Assembly: GCA_964016885.1 (NCBI GenBank)
Contig: CAXHJY010000412.1
Location: forward strand, 1-64,000
Length of the DNA: 64,000 nt
Direction of reading: 5' to 3'
Source: Eledone cirrhosa
Lineage: Eukaryota
Shown here: positions 12,680 to 25,999 of the stretch, one piece after another
Layout of the letters: each line of letters starts with the position of its first letter
How positions within the stretch are numbered: the stretch's first letter is position 1
Made by a program: the position numbers and the translations under genes
Notes under the pieces: model-generated
The model's input: the letters and a program-made list of their open reading frames with translations, nothing else
Databases searched by the model: none
What the model was told of the DNA's origin: nothing

Positions 12680-13095
12680 CTGGGGTCGATTTAATCGTTT
12701 TTTCCCTCACCCCAAAATTGCTGGCCTTGTGCCTATATAAGAAACCATTATTATTTGAGCGTTGAATTGGCAGCATCAGTAGAGCATCGGACACCATGCT
12801 TTGTAGCAGAGGTTTACAGCCCTTTATATTTTGAGTTCAAATCCTGCCGAGGTTAGCTTTGCTTTCATCCTTACGGGGTTGATAGATAAAGCACCAGTAA
12901 TGCACTATAATAATTGTTTCTACTTTTGGCACAAAGCCAGCAATTAACCCAGTACATTACTGGTACTTTATTTTATCGACCCCGTAAGGATGTAAGGCAA
13001 AGTTAACCTCGGCGGGATTTGAACTCAATACGTAAAGGGACGTAACTATGCTGCAAAGCATGACGTCCAACCTTCTACCGATACTGCCAATCCAC
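12680..13095. mobile_element. Cluster of three SINE family 1 pieces (+,+,-)
   Basis: 3' fragment at 12680-12750, plus-strand copy at 12758-12907, and a tail-to-tail minus-strand copy at 12908-13095. Confidence 0.85.
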
Positions 13096-13591
13096 TAATT
13101 GACAATGGGACTCGCTCGCGCGACTTTTCCCCAGTTGTACGGTACGACACTACACACAGAAGGCTGTTCTGTATGAAATTGGGCGGAGGAACAACACTGA
13201 CCCTGTGGCCATTCTCCTTGACCAGCTGTTTGGCCTCCCTCATTTCCTACACGCTGGCATGAATTCCTTGTACAGTTTTGGCCGCCTTCGTGAAAGATAC
13301 GCCGTCGTTGCCGTAAATAAAGCTAGACAGCATTAGAGAAGGTGTATCATGTATACTGGGATTCTTTACTCAAACAAGGAGCCTGATCCGAAAGCCATGT
13401 ATTTCTCGTCCCCCTCTCCTCATCACGACGTATCAAATCATTGCAGTTTGTGATCTTTAATCGTCCCCTAGGGTGTCTTCTCTAGCATAATAACATGCCC
13501 TCATTAACTTAGATATGTTTTAACCTCAAACACTCTTCTAAGCAGCATTATATATGTTTACACACCCAAACCCAACCCCCTATACACTCAC

Positions 13592-13650
<59 letters not shown>

Positions 13651-13767
13651 CGTTTACATAAAGGCATACATATATATATTCCTACATACATATACACACA
13701 CACACACATATATATATATAAATACGTATACATAAAGGCATACATATATATATTCCTACATACATAT

Positions 13768-13802
<35 letters not shown>

Positions 13803-14015
13803 AATACGTATACATAAAGGCATACATATATATTCCTACATACATATACACACACATATATGTGTGTGTATATATATATATATAAACATACTTAATTACA
13901 TATTCATACATTTACTTTTATATTTCTAATATATATATATATATACAAACATACGTAATTGCATATACATACATACGTATACATATAAACATGTATATAT
14001 ATATATATATATATA

Positions 14016-14057
<42 letters not shown>

Positions 14058-14292
14058 CACATATATTACATAATCTGTCCAGTGATGTAATATGGGATTA
14101 ACCCTAAATCTGCTCCATAACATTGTAAGTTAAGAAACGTGAGACCTGAAAATAAACCTCCCGAGATCAATACAGCTGTAGAAGAATATATATACATATA
14201 TATATACCTGTATATACACACACACACACACACATAATATATATATATACATAGAGAGAGAGAGAGAGAGAGAGAGAGACACACACACACAT

Positions 14293-14382
<90 letters not shown>

Positions 14383-14709
14383 GTTATACCAAATATTTAT
14401 TACAAATACATACATACATACACACATACAAGATGGCTGCAAACTCTGTTAAGAGTTATTGCAATCGCTTATCAGGTTACAGAAGATGGTGCACTTTTAG
14501 GTTACTACCAGCCACACGAACCTGTAACATTTTCTGAACAAGTAATGCCTGTGTGTTGATGTTTTCTTTAAGCGGGGAAAGACCTTGAACTCGATCAATC
14601 CTACTCTCTGAGCACCAAAAACACTACCCGAAAATGGGAACTGGTCAACATCATCGGATGCTCCCGAAGCCGCAGGGTTATTTTTTTTTTGGGGGGGGGG
14701 GGGGGGGGG

Positions 14710-14995
14710 TTCAGAGTTTCCCTCTCTTAGAAAGGAGTTGTGACAACAACTGAGGGCCTTTCACTCCCAGATGAAAAAGAAAATACTATTTGGATGGCCG
14801 TTGACTCTGCTGAGTTCCTTCACCCTTTGCCGGGTCTTGTATTTCATGCCGCAGGGTGTCCTAATATCACCCCCACCCCCCACACACACACCAAGCAAGC
14901 TTGGTGGGGTTGCCGGTTTAGTCGCCGATAACCTGACCATGCGACAGGTTGTACTGGGTTACATGTTACCTGTAACACTCGAGAGCGACCTGACA
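14710..14995 (-). mobile_element. Probable RTE-type LINE/SINE fragment
   Basis: cagagtttccctctcttag.. is shared with 17328-17390 and resembles RTE-related repeats; no ORF. Confidence 0.35.
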
Positions 14996-15078
14996 TAATA
15001 CATACTAACGTACACACGTACATACATTCACACATACATACATTCCCACTTACATACATACATTTAATCTTGCTACTC

Positions 15079-15496
15079 TACGAAGGTAGACTATTCATAG
15101 GCTGCGTAAGGAGGAGTGATGCTAGTGCTGTGAAATCTTGCATGCATTAACTTCAATTCTTCTTACTTGTAAATGCATTGTTTCTTTCCAGGAACTATGT
15201 TGAAAAATAAACCTCATTTGGTCATTTCACGAGAGCATCTTGGTCAGCCTCTTAATTTTTCATGCTACCCTTGTACATACATATATACATACGAGGGTGA
15301 GCTGATGAAACTTTCGTAATCTGCCTATGAAGGCGTGATGCTAGAGCTGTGAAATCTTGCGTGCCTTAATTTCATCTCTTCTTATTAATAACTGCATTGT
15401 TACTTTCCATGGACTATGTTGAAAAATGAACCTCATTTAGTCATTCCAGGAGAGTATCTTGGTCTGCCTATGAACCTTTGATCTGAACCTCGTGTA
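15079..15496. mobile_element. Two adjacent ~200-bp mariner-type MITEs (15079-15275, 15290-15496)
   Basis: Termini tacgaagg..cccttgta and tacgaggg..cctcgtgta; the bodies are mutually homologous (gtgatgctag.gctgtgaaatcttgc). Confidence 0.7.
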
Positions 15497-16671
15497 ACAG
15501 GGCATCCAATTTATGGAGTGAGGGTGGGGGAAATTGACTATATTGACCCCAGCATTACTTAATTTGTTCGTTATTTTTAACCACTCCACGGAAGAATGTG
15601 AAGCTAAATCGAGTCTGTTGTGATTTAAACTCAGAACTAACGGTACGTTATTTCATGAGAATAGGACCGGAGCATTCATCGCCCATTGATTGAGTGTGTC
15701 TGGTGGTGGTGGTGGTGGTGGTGGTGGTGGTGGTGGTGGTGGTGGTGGTGGCAGTGGTGGTGGCAGTGGTGGTGTTTACTTCCAGTGCTCAGATGTGATG
15801 ACTAGTATTGTAGTATTGTTATTGTTGGTTTTGGTGATGGCGGTAATGTTGGAAATGTGTTGTGTTCGTCGTTGTGATGATAATGGTAGTGTGTGGCGTT
15901 GGTAGTGGCGATGGCATTGATGTTCGTAGTGTGTGGTGTTGGTGGTGTTGTTGGTATTGGTAGTGGTGGTCGTGGTGGTAGTGGTGGTGGTGGTGGTAGT
16001 GAGTGGTGTTGGTGTTGTTGGTGATGTTCGTAGTGTGTGGTGTTGGTGATGTTGGTAGTGTGTGGTGTTGGTAGTGGTGAGGGCATTGGGGATGTTGGTA
16101 GCGTGTGGTGTTGGTGGTGTTGTTGGTGTTGGTAATGGTGGTGGTGGTAGTGAGTGGTGTTGGTGTTGTTGTTGGTGTTGATAGTGGTGGTGGTGGTATT
16201 GAGTGGTGGTGATGTTGGTGTGTGTGGTGTTGGTGGTGTTGTTGGTGTTGGTAATGGTGGTGGTGGTAGTGAGTTGTGTTGGTGGTGTTGTTGGTGTTGA
16301 TAGTGGTGGTGGTGGTATTGAGTGGTGGTGATGTTGGTGTGTGTGGTGTTGGTATTGATAATGTTGTTTGCGAGTGGTGTTGCTTATGATGTTTGATGGT
16401 TAAGCTACTAGTGTGTGATGGTGCTGTTGTTGAGCGGATATGACTCTCTCGCTTATTACCCTACCCCCTCTTCCTGAACCCCCCTCCCCCTACAGCACCC
16501 CATCCCCCCCACATTAGTACAACATTACGCAACTTTCATTATAATTTATCGCTACTCCCTCCCCTATACCTTCTGTTTTCTGATGGTCTTCAAAGGAACG
16601 ACGTTGCTAAAATTTCCTTTTAACTTTAAAAAAATAACAAACAAAAGGCAATATATAAGAGGTAAGTAGGA

Positions 16672-16703
<32 letters not shown>

Positions 16704-17653
16704 GCAGCAACAACAACAGCAACAACAACAGACAACAACAGACAACAACAACAGCAACAACAGCAGCAATAAAAACAACAGCAACAACAACAACACAGAA
16801 AAAATAATCAACAGAAACAACATCAAAAGCAACAATTACAATAGAACGAGGAATTCTACCCCGTCTGTACCCAGACGCTGGCCCCACCCCACTACAAAAG
16901 CATAAGGAGAAGAAACGATAAATAGATATACCTCCTTCACGTCCTTCTCTTCTTTTTCTTCACACGGACACACACACATATATGCATATATATGCATATA
17001 TATATATATGGTGGCTGCCAACTCGTTTTCGAGTACGGCCACTACTTTATATCCATATAGGAGAACCCCTACCGATGCGCTGAACGAGTGTGACTTTTTA
17101 GTCCAGCCTGCAACATGAAAACTCTGGTACAAACACTACACTTGTAACAATGTGACGACAAGTGCAGAGAGATCTCCAGATATAAAGCAATGCCTGTGCC
17201 GTGAAGCTTTTATAGTGAGTAAAGGCACTGCACAAAGCCAGTCCCACTCTCTTAACCAAGATGATATTTACCAAAAAGAAGAACAAGTCAACATCATTGG
17301 ATACCATCAGGGTTGCAGGTGTTATATCAGAGTTTTCCTTCTCCTAGAATTCTGCCTTGACAAAGGCTAAGGGGTCATCTCTCCCGGATATGTGTGTGTA
17401 TATATATATATATATACACACACAAACACACCTATATATGTATATATATATACAAACACACGCACACACACTCACACACATATGTGTGTGCGTGTTTGTA
17501 TATATACATATATACCTGTGTTTATATATATGTATATGTGTGTGCGTGTTTGTATATGTATATATATATATATATAAACACGCACACACATATACATATA
17601 TATATATAAACACACGTATATATGTATATATACAAACACGCACACACATTCAC

Positions 17654-17744
<91 letters not shown>

Positions 17745-17771
17745 TTTCGAAACAGCGAGTGGGTTTGAAAT

Positions 17772-17871
17772 TATTAGAAATGTAAGCTATCGCCGTATTT
17801 TGACTAATGAAATTATAGAAATTATTTAGCCTGATAGTGGGGTTAAGAACAAATTACGGCGATAGCTTACA

Positions 17872-17880
<9 letters not shown>
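17772..17880. repeat. Short fold-back next to (TA)n
   Basis: tattagaaatgtaagctatcgccgta / tacggcgatagcttacatttctaata. Confidence 0.8.
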
Positions 17881-17917
<37 letters not shown>

Positions 17918-18192
17918 TAGAAAGAGAAGCCAGGACTATTCAACATCAGTGATCTACTAGCCATCACAGGTATTTCTTCGCATTAAATAAATGGTGTTAA
18001 TAATTCATGAGTTATAAAAGGTAACAATAGGATTTAACCAGATAAGCCGTAGAGTGGGGTTTATTTCTGGTATTTACATATGTTTCATCGCATTGTTGCC
18101 GTCTTAAAATCACTATTCTTAATTAACAGTCGTGAAAAATCGAATTAAAATACAGAGAAATGTGATAGGGAGATACATGCCGAGAGATAGAT

Positions 18193-18261
<69 letters not shown>

Positions 18262-18984
18262 CCATTTTCCATGATGACTGCTCCAGTTGTTCTATTAGCG
18301 GAAGAGTTTGCTCCTTTAGATCGATCTCACTACATTACGATCGTGAGCCGAACGGTCCTAACCACAAGGTCACGTGTGGCTCACACGTCTGCACACCAAC
18401 AACACACCTACGGCCACCTATGCATCCACACCTTCCCCCACACAAATACACACATGTAAGGAAAGCACTGGAAGAAATGAGAACACTTGCCATTGACCGT
18501 AAAAAATAAATGAAGTGTAAAAATAATAGATTCACCCCAAACCCCACAACACTAACCCCCACCTCATTCACTATGAAGTAAAAAGAAAAAAAACAATAGA
18601 ACACCCACTCCCACCCACATTAACCACCACTCCACCAACCTCCTTCACAATGAAATAAAATAAAAATAAAAAACTCCAAAAAGACCTCAAAAGCAAAAAT
18701 AAAACGATCGATCCCCACCAACATACCTCCATCCCTCCGCCACACTAACACCATACCTCCATCTTCACCTCCACACCACCATTATAAGGCAGGGTCATTA
18801 GAGCGTCAGATAAGATGTGTACTTTACGCTATTCGTTTCCCGTTCTACTTCCGTGCTTTCTCAATTCAAGTAACCATCGAGGTCAAACATCACCTTGCAT
18901 TATTTCAGGGTCGATAAATAAAGTTCCAGTAGCATTTATCGCTCTCTCTCTCTTGTACACTGGTATTCTCTCTATCTGTTGTAT

Positions 18985-19064
<80 letters not shown>

Positions 19065-19465
19065 CTCTCTTTGTTTCCTTCTCTTTCGCTCGCTGTTGTA
19101 CGGGTCTCTCTCTTTCTCTTACACACGCACTCTCCCTCACTGTTGTCCGGATCTCCCCCCTCTCTTTCACTCTTCCTCCCTCTTCTTGTGTCTGTCTGTC
19201 TCTCTCACCTTTCATTTCTCTGTCTCTCTCTCTCCCTTCCTCTTATCTCTCTCTCTCTTTCTTTGTTTTACTGGCAATTCGACGGTTCATAAGACTTGCC
19301 ATATTTTATCAACCTGGTGAAACGAATTACTTTAAGAGTGCATATGTCTACGGAATATTCAGCCACTGACGCGATAATTCCAGGAGCAAGTATTCGGTTA
19401 TCGAACAACTGAATGCTCATAATGGAAACCAACCGTAGAACACACCCCTCCTTCTCATCCCCCAT

Positions 19466-19511
<46 letters not shown>

Positions 19512-19656
19512 CGCACACAAAATAAAGTAATACAGGTTAAATGTGGATTAGAAAAAAAAATTGTTTCTCGTTTTGGTACAATTTGAAGAGAAAGTCGATT
19601 AAATCGACCCAAATGTGTTACTGGTACTTTATTAAATCGACCCCTGTAAGGATGAA

Positions 19657-19850
19657 AGAAGAAGAAGAAGAAGAAGAAGAAGAAGAAGAAGAAGAAGAAG
19701 AAGAAGAAGAAGAAGAAGAAGAAGAAGAAGAAAAAGAAGAAGAAGGCAAAGATGAAGAGGAAAAAGATGAAGAAGAAGAAGGCAAAGAAGAAGAGGAAAA
19801 AGAAGAAAAAGAAGGAAAAAAAAGAAAAAGAAAGAAAAGAAGAAGAAATC
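19657..19850. repeat. (GAA)n tract
   Basis: Visible directly; source of the poly-Glu ORF. Confidence 0.9.
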
Positions 19851-20225
19851 AGTCGCTCTGTGAGTACTTAATATTTAATCTGTTTCTATATGAAACGTAT
19901 GGGTTGAATTATTTCCCCAATAATTGAATTATTATTATTATTATTATTATGAAATCATTATTATTATTATTATTGATTAATGCAGTAAAGATTTGAAAAA
20001 AAAAAAAAAAAAAGATAAATAAAATAAACAAGTTAAAAATATATAAAGTTAATTATAAATTAATAGTATTATAATTAATTTGGCAATTAGGAAATTTTAA
20101 ATATTTTTTTCTTTAATTTTAAATCGTCTGGTTAAATTACGGAACAGCTGACAGGAACTGTGGGTTAAACAGTTCGTTTATATATATGTGTGTGTGTTCG
20201 TTTATATATATGTGTGTGTGTATAA

Positions 20226-20540
20226 ACAGTTGTCCCCTTGTGTTCGCGGGGATTACGTTCTTAGAGCACCAGTGAAGAGTGAACAATCTCGAATATTGGA
20301 CATGGTCCATAAAAATGTCTATAAACGTAAAATATAGGCCGCCAAATACGATATATTGTTATTAATAATTTAGCATTAAGAAGCGTGAAAAATGTATATT
20401 GCCACGAAAAAAACCATAAAGAAATCGCGGAAGATGTTTATGATTCCGCGAATACGCGGTGCTTCCCACGAACAATTATTAGTTAGGTTCTAATGAAAAT
20501 TCCGGGAATAACCGGGACAGCGAATACCGGTGTACACTGT
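20226..20540. mobile_element. Tigger/pogo-like MITE
   Basis: Imperfect TIRs cagttgtccccttgtgttcgc / gcgaataccggtgtacactg. Confidence 0.6.
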
Positions 20541-20812
20541 GTATATATTGCTTTCGATTGTAGAAATTTTCCTGTCCCATATCGGTATTTAGATGATAGT
20601 TATTCTGTCTTCTTGTCCAACGTCCTTTGTGTTTTCACCCGAATAGCTCAACGTGAATACTACGAGGATCCTACCGGTGCACTGGTGGAGAATAATCCCT
20701 ATTTCTAACCATCCGAAACTATAATGATCCCCAGAATACAGCTGATGAGCGGGAATTTTCCATGTGCTTGTCTCTTCCGTGTTTCTGCTTCCTGTATTTT
20801 TCCAACGTATAC

Positions 20813-20984
<172 letters not shown>

Positions 20985-21243
20985 CTCATTTTATATATAA
21001 TGTAACGTCCTGATCGAACCTTGAGCTGATCAATAGCGAAACGCTCCCCATTACTCAATAAACATAATGAAGACATAACAAATCGTCCTTTTTATTATTA
21101 TTATTATTATTATTAATATATATATATATATTATTCAAGTTAAAGAAATGCTGGTTGATCGAATAATCCCCCGACTTTAGTCGTCAATAGGTGTAAAGCA
21201 CTCTACAACTTGAGTACCTTAAAGTATTATCAATAAGGTATGA

Positions 21244-21338
21244 AACTGATGCAGGTAGTTTGTTCCATGCTTCAACAACTCTGAGCGTGAAAAGAATGTT
21301 TTCGAAAGTCATGGGATGTGTGTTGTTTTCTGATTTTG
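21244..21338 (-). pseudogene. CR1-clade LINE ORF2 C-terminal fragment
   Basis: Minus translation KIRKQHTSHDFRKH/FTLRVVEAWNKLPASV matches the CR1 motif R.FF..RVV..WN.LP. Confidence 0.8.
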
Positions 21339-21729
21339 ACCCTACCCCCAGAAAACAATATGTATCAAAACAGTGACCTATCTTCAGGTACTAATACTAT
21401 TTTGATACCTTTTGTTTTCTGGAGGTATGGTCAAATTTGGACCCTGAAACACATTGACTAACGCTTTAGTTCCGTGTATGGACATAAATAAATAATATAA
21501 CAGGTTTCGGCCAGTATTGGCCAAGGCTATGTATAACTTAATTGCACCAACTGGCGAAGTCTTTCAAATCAGAATTTGACACCATTGCCCACTCAAGTAG
21601 AGACTTATTATTTACGGAAACATATCCGGATGTTGGTGAGCACTGCTTTCCGTTTTCCCTTCCACATCTTTCCACGGTTATTGCTACATATATATATGTG
21701 CGTGTGTGTGTATATACACCCCCCCCCCC

Positions 21730-21795
<66 letters not shown>

Positions 21796-21886
21796 TATAT
21801 ACATACATATATTTAAATATATGTGTACACACACACACACACATTATATATATATAGAAGTAGTTCCACAACAGTTAGTTCACCAT

Positions 21887-21929
21887 ACCGAGAACAAGTA
21901 TTTCATCTTATTCGGATCCTCAGCTCGGT
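21887..21929 (-). ncRNA. Hammerhead-like motif (weak stem II)
   Basis: Minus strand: accgag CTGAGGA tccgaataagat GAAA tacttg TT ctcggt, with a perfect 6-bp stem I. Confidence 0.55.
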
Positions 21930-21953
21930 CTAATATATATATATATATATATA

Positions 21954-22096
21954 TAACGGAAAAAATGTGGTAAGGAACCAGGTGGACCATAACGCACCAA
22001 AATACTCAATACTTAGGGTAGTAGAGTGGGTAATAGGAACGAGTAGGACCCCGACGGCTGAGCCGTTGGGGTCCTACTCGTGCCTACTCGTGCCTA
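21954..22096 (-). mobile_element. Family P element (copy 5, short inverted arm)
   Basis: Same body as the other copies; the inversion breaks within ctgag/ccgt. Confidence 0.85.
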
Positions 22097-22361
22097 TATA
22101 TATATATATATATATATATAATTGAGATAAGCGGAGCAAGCAAGATTGAAACAATTTTTTTAAATAAATTAAAAAATATAATTTAAACATTTACCTATTC
22201 CATTTGCTTTTACCGACGGTTTCACCTTACAAAAGATTGGAGATCCCTAGAGACATACATATATATATATATGGATGAAGAACCCAAAATCACACACTTC
22301 GTCCGTTCCCATGTCGATTCAACTTGGATTGCCTCGGAAACATAACCTTATTATGTAACAA

Positions 22362-22435
22362 GCTGTCTGATGATGTCACGACACTCGCACACAGAACAGT
22401 GCGGCCAGTGTCGTCATTGAAATATATATCACAAC
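22362..22435 (+). ncRNA. Type I hammerhead-like motif with extended stem II
   Basis: gctgt CTGATGA tgtc ACGACACT CGCAC acagaaca GTGCG gcc AGTGTCGT catt GAAA TATATA TC acaac. Confidence 0.6.
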
Positions 22436-22444
22436 ATTATTATT

Positions 22445-22634
22445 AGTGAATTGGCAGTATCGGTAGAGGGTTGGACGCCATGCTTTCTAGCATAGTTACG
22501 TCCCTTTAAATTCTAATTTCAAATCCCGCCGAGGTAAACTTTGCCTTTCATCCTTACGGGGTCGATAAAATAAAGTACCAGTAATGTACTGTGTAATTGC
22601 TGGCCTTGTGCCTAAAGTAGAAACAATTATTATT
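22445..22634 (+). mobile_element. SINE family 1
   Basis: A box, core and tail present. Confidence 0.9.
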
Positions 22635-22672
22635 AAAGGACTTGAACATCTGAAACTACTTCGCTTTTACTT

Positions 22673-22721
<49 letters not shown>

Positions 22722-22731
<10 letters not shown>

Positions 22732-23103
22732 ACGTACATACATATATGTATACAGACGTACAGTAGTATGTATATATATATACATACATGCACACATATA
22801 TATATGTACGTATGGATTCACCGAACATTTATTATAATGCTCGGTGTGTTTGTAAACAAACAACCCGAATTAAGCCGTACAGTGTCGAGCAACCATCGTT
22901 GCTCATTTGTTCAACACTGACAAAGGAACGGGTTGCTAGACACTGTACGGCTTAATTCGGGTTGTTTATTTACAAACACACCGAGCATTATAATAAATGT
23001 TCGGTGAATCCATACGTACATGTATATATGTGTGCATCTATGTATATATATATATACATACTACTGTACGTCTGTATACATATATGTATGTACGTATACA
23101 TAC
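22722..23103. repeat. Long inverted repeat (~170-bp arms, 36-bp spacer), PLE-like unit
   Basis: Arms 22722-22894 and 22931-23103. A single-arm homolog at 27056-27292 ends in a minus-strand HHR 3' half (AGCT aata AGCT t GAAA CTAG TA). Confidence 0.85.
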
Positions 23104-23396
23104 TTATATTTAAGTAACAGCCGTACTAAGAGTGAGAAATGAAATTTTGTTTCATTTTTTCCGTTTATATATATAAAGTTATATATATATATATTTATAT
23201 ATATAAAGTTATATATATATTTATTTATTTATTTATTGAATTAAAGAAAGTTGGTTGATTGAACATCTACCAACTTTTACTTGACAGAAGTAAAGCACTC
23301 CACGACTTTTGTCCATCCGGAGTTTTATTATAATAAACAAGACCGTTTCATTAAATAAGAACGAACTAATGAAATCGTCTTTCTTGTTTATTATTA

Positions 23397-23612
23397 GGGC
23401 GGTGGATTGGCAGTATAGGTAGAGGGTCGAACACCATGCTTTGCAGCACAGAGTTACAGTCCTTTACGGTCTGAGTTGAAAACCCACCGAAGTTAACTTC
23501 GCCTTTCATCCTTACTGGGTCGATAAAATAAAGTACCAGTAATGTACTGGGTTCGATTTAATCGACTTTCCCCTCCCCCCAAATCACTGGCCTTGTGCCA
23601 ATACTAGAAATC
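23397..23612 (+). mobile_element. SINE family 1 (long-tail variant)
   Basis: A/B boxes, core and tail ..atcgactttcccctcccccaaatcactggccttgtgcc. Confidence 0.9.
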
Positions 23613-23634
23613 AGCCGTCGGGGTCCTACTCGTT

Positions 23635-23681
<47 letters not shown>

Positions 23682-23686
<5 letters not shown>

Positions 23687-23891
23687 AACGAGTAGGACCC
23701 CGACGGCTGAGCTCAAGCCGTTTTGACGGCTAATTCTGGACTAAATCATTTAGTTCAGAATTAGCCGTCGAAACGGCTTGAGCTCAGCCGTCGGGGTCCT
23801 ACTCGTTCCTATTACCCACTCTACTACCCTAAGTATTGAGTACTTTCGTGCGTTATGGTCCACCTGGTTCCTTACCACATTTCCTCCGTTA
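23682..23891 (+). mobile_element. Family P fold-back element (copy 6)
   Basis: Inverted arms surround aaatcattt; HHR 3' half at 23770-23792. Confidence 0.85.
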
Positions 23892-23917
23892 TATATATAT
23901 GTATATATATATATATA

Positions 23918-24494
23918 TGAGACTCGAAACCGATTCGGTAAAGGTAACCATAGTGAGTAAAGTTAATTTTTAAAAATTTATTTTGATACTTTTTCTTATT
24001 TGCTAAACCTTGATTATATATGTTCTGGCTCGTTAATTTATTAACCTGCCATTGAACCACATTGGCATATGATTGGACAAGACATGTTTCCCTAAGCGCT
24101 TTGTGTGTGTAGGGATATATATACTTTATTATTATTCTCCTCTTGGTCGAGAAAAAAATGTGGTCGTTCTGACTGCTGCTAGTTATAGTGGTAGTAGACT
24201 GACCTCCCTGCCTTTGCTTCTATCTTTACACACGGCACTGGACGGAATTGCTCCCACATCATTTATTCTCATCTCGGGAACAATTTTGAATAGCGCCAGT
24301 TCGTAATGTGAACTCGGGAATTTTATATTCTCCGAGTGAAAAGATCCTTCTGACGAGAGTTTATCTTTGCAATGGATGCCGTGAGGACTGTCCGTTTATT
24401 TTTGAGACTCGAAAACGATTCGGTAAAGGTAACCAATGTGAGTAAAATTAACTTTTAAAAATTTATTTTGAAACTTTTTCTTATTTGCTAAACC

Positions 24495-24498
<4 letters not shown>
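23918..24498 (+). mobile_element. PLE/retrozyme-like unit with ~95-bp direct terminal repeats (485-bp period)
   Basis: 23918-24013 is repeated at 24403-24498. Each repeat includes the HHR 3' half, and (TA)n flanks both ends. Confidence 0.8.
24346..24429 (+). ncRNA. Type I hammerhead ribozyme
   Basis: cctt CTGACGA GAGTTT..GAGACTC GAAA aCGA t TCGG TA aagg. The upstream repeat has a perfect stem III, CCGA t TCGG. Confidence 0.75.
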
Positions 24499-24575
<77 letters not shown>

Positions 24576-24581
<6 letters not shown>

Positions 24582-24785
24582 AATAAGATAACAAGGACGA
24601 TTAGTTACTCCTTCATTACGTTTATTCGTTGTTAACATTACAAGGGGTCTGACGAGCCGCGGATAACAGAGTCGGGTCAGATCGATACAGACCCAACCTT
24701 CAGCTGATCAGTGGCGAAACGCGCGTCACCAACCAATAAACGTAATGAAGGAGTAACCAATCGTCCTTGTTATTTTATTTCACTA
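24576..24785 (+). mobile_element. PLE-like fold-back unit enclosing an HHR
   Basis: ~50-bp inverted arms at 24576-24626 and 24735-24785; a partial homolog lies at 21010-21095. Confidence 0.8.
24646..24730 (+). ncRNA. Type I hammerhead ribozyme, canonical core, long stem II insert
   Basis: ggt CTGACGA GCCGC..GTGGC GAAAC GCGC GTC acc. Palindromic stem III ACGCGCGT; GUC triplet. Confidence 0.85.
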
Positions 24786-24899
24786 TATTACACTCTGTCT
24801 AGCTCTACAACTCGACACTGAAGTGAACCTAAACATCGAGTGCTCACCCGGGTGAACCTACAGTAACACTCCCTGGATATAAATGAAAAAATGTGAATG

Positions 24900-25330
24900 A
24901 AAAAATGGCGTGCTGCGTCGTTGCGAGGTGATATAAATGAATGAAAATAGACCGAGAAACGGGGTTGTCCATCATCAGTAGTCTGTTGATTATCATTGGT
25001 ATTTCTTCGCATTAAAGACTAGATACCTAAAGTCAGTGCGAGCGATAACTAAACTAAGTTATTGGGACAGAGCGAATGGGAAGGGTAAAGTAAACAAACG
25101 ACATAGTAGTAATGCAACGTAAAGCGAGGAAAGAAGAGACAAGTCAATGAATCTTGTGGACTTAAGTCCGAACAAATCAATCGACGAGAAGAAACAGACA
25201 CGCCCGAGCCACGCGAAAAGTGAGTGAGTAAAGAAATTCACACAGGTGAGAGAGGGGGAATAGCAGAGAGTGAGTGAAAGTGTGAGGAAGGGGCCAGTCG
25301 AGAGAGTGTGTGACCAGCGGAAGGGGTGAA
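24900..25330. mobile_element. Dispersed repeat family R (homologs at 44920-45240 and inverted at 57250-57555)
   Basis: Shared cattggtatttc.tcgcattaaa..agatacct..gtgcgagc.ataactaaa block. Confidence 0.7.
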
Positions 25331-25334
25331 TGAA

Positions 25335-25380
<46 letters not shown>

Positions 25381-25811
25381 AGAACAACCAATCTGGCCCC
25401 TCATTTCCTAAGACAGTCTCTGCTCATGTATATACGCCTAACATGACTAAAGTATCATTCTGTAGTGTTTACATATACGGCCACTAGCGTCGCTGCTTGT
25501 GTTTCTATGTGGTTGAAATATGATAACACTAATTAGTACAGTTATTAGAATTAGGTAAACACCATGCTGGTAGACGAAATTAAATGTTTGTCGGTAATTA
25601 ATGTTCCGTCATGCTTCGTTAATTAAATATATCCAAACATACATTAGGTGTTCACACATATACGCGTGTTTCTAGACGTAAGCATACACACGTGTGGTAT
25701 TATGCGTACACTCACATGAAATACTCATACATAAACGCTAACACATATACACGCATTTACTGTTGTAGATAAAAATGTGTATAGAGATATATGGATTTTA
25801 GTGTTTGTATT

Positions 25812-25999
25812 TGGTGGATTGGCAGTATCGGTAGAGGGTCGGACGCCATGCTTTGACGCATAGAGTTACGGCCCTTGCCATTCTGAGTTCAAATTCCGAC
25901 AAGGTTAACTTTGCCTTTCATCCTTTCGGGGGTCGATAAAATAATGTACCAGTCATGCACTGGTTTATTTGCTGGCCTTGTGCCAAAAGTAGAAACAAT

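Noticed and set aside
19541-19927. Acidic poly-Glu protein ORF
   Set aside because: A SINE fragment running into a (GAA)n tract.
20655-20760. Hammerheads at ctacgag..atccGAAA and CTGATGAGcggg
   Set aside because: The first has a broken core and no stem I; the second has no GAAA partner. At most these are decayed remnants.
25478-25497. CTCF-like site ggccactagcgtcgctg
   Set aside because: One base short of the consensus spacing; a single weak motif.
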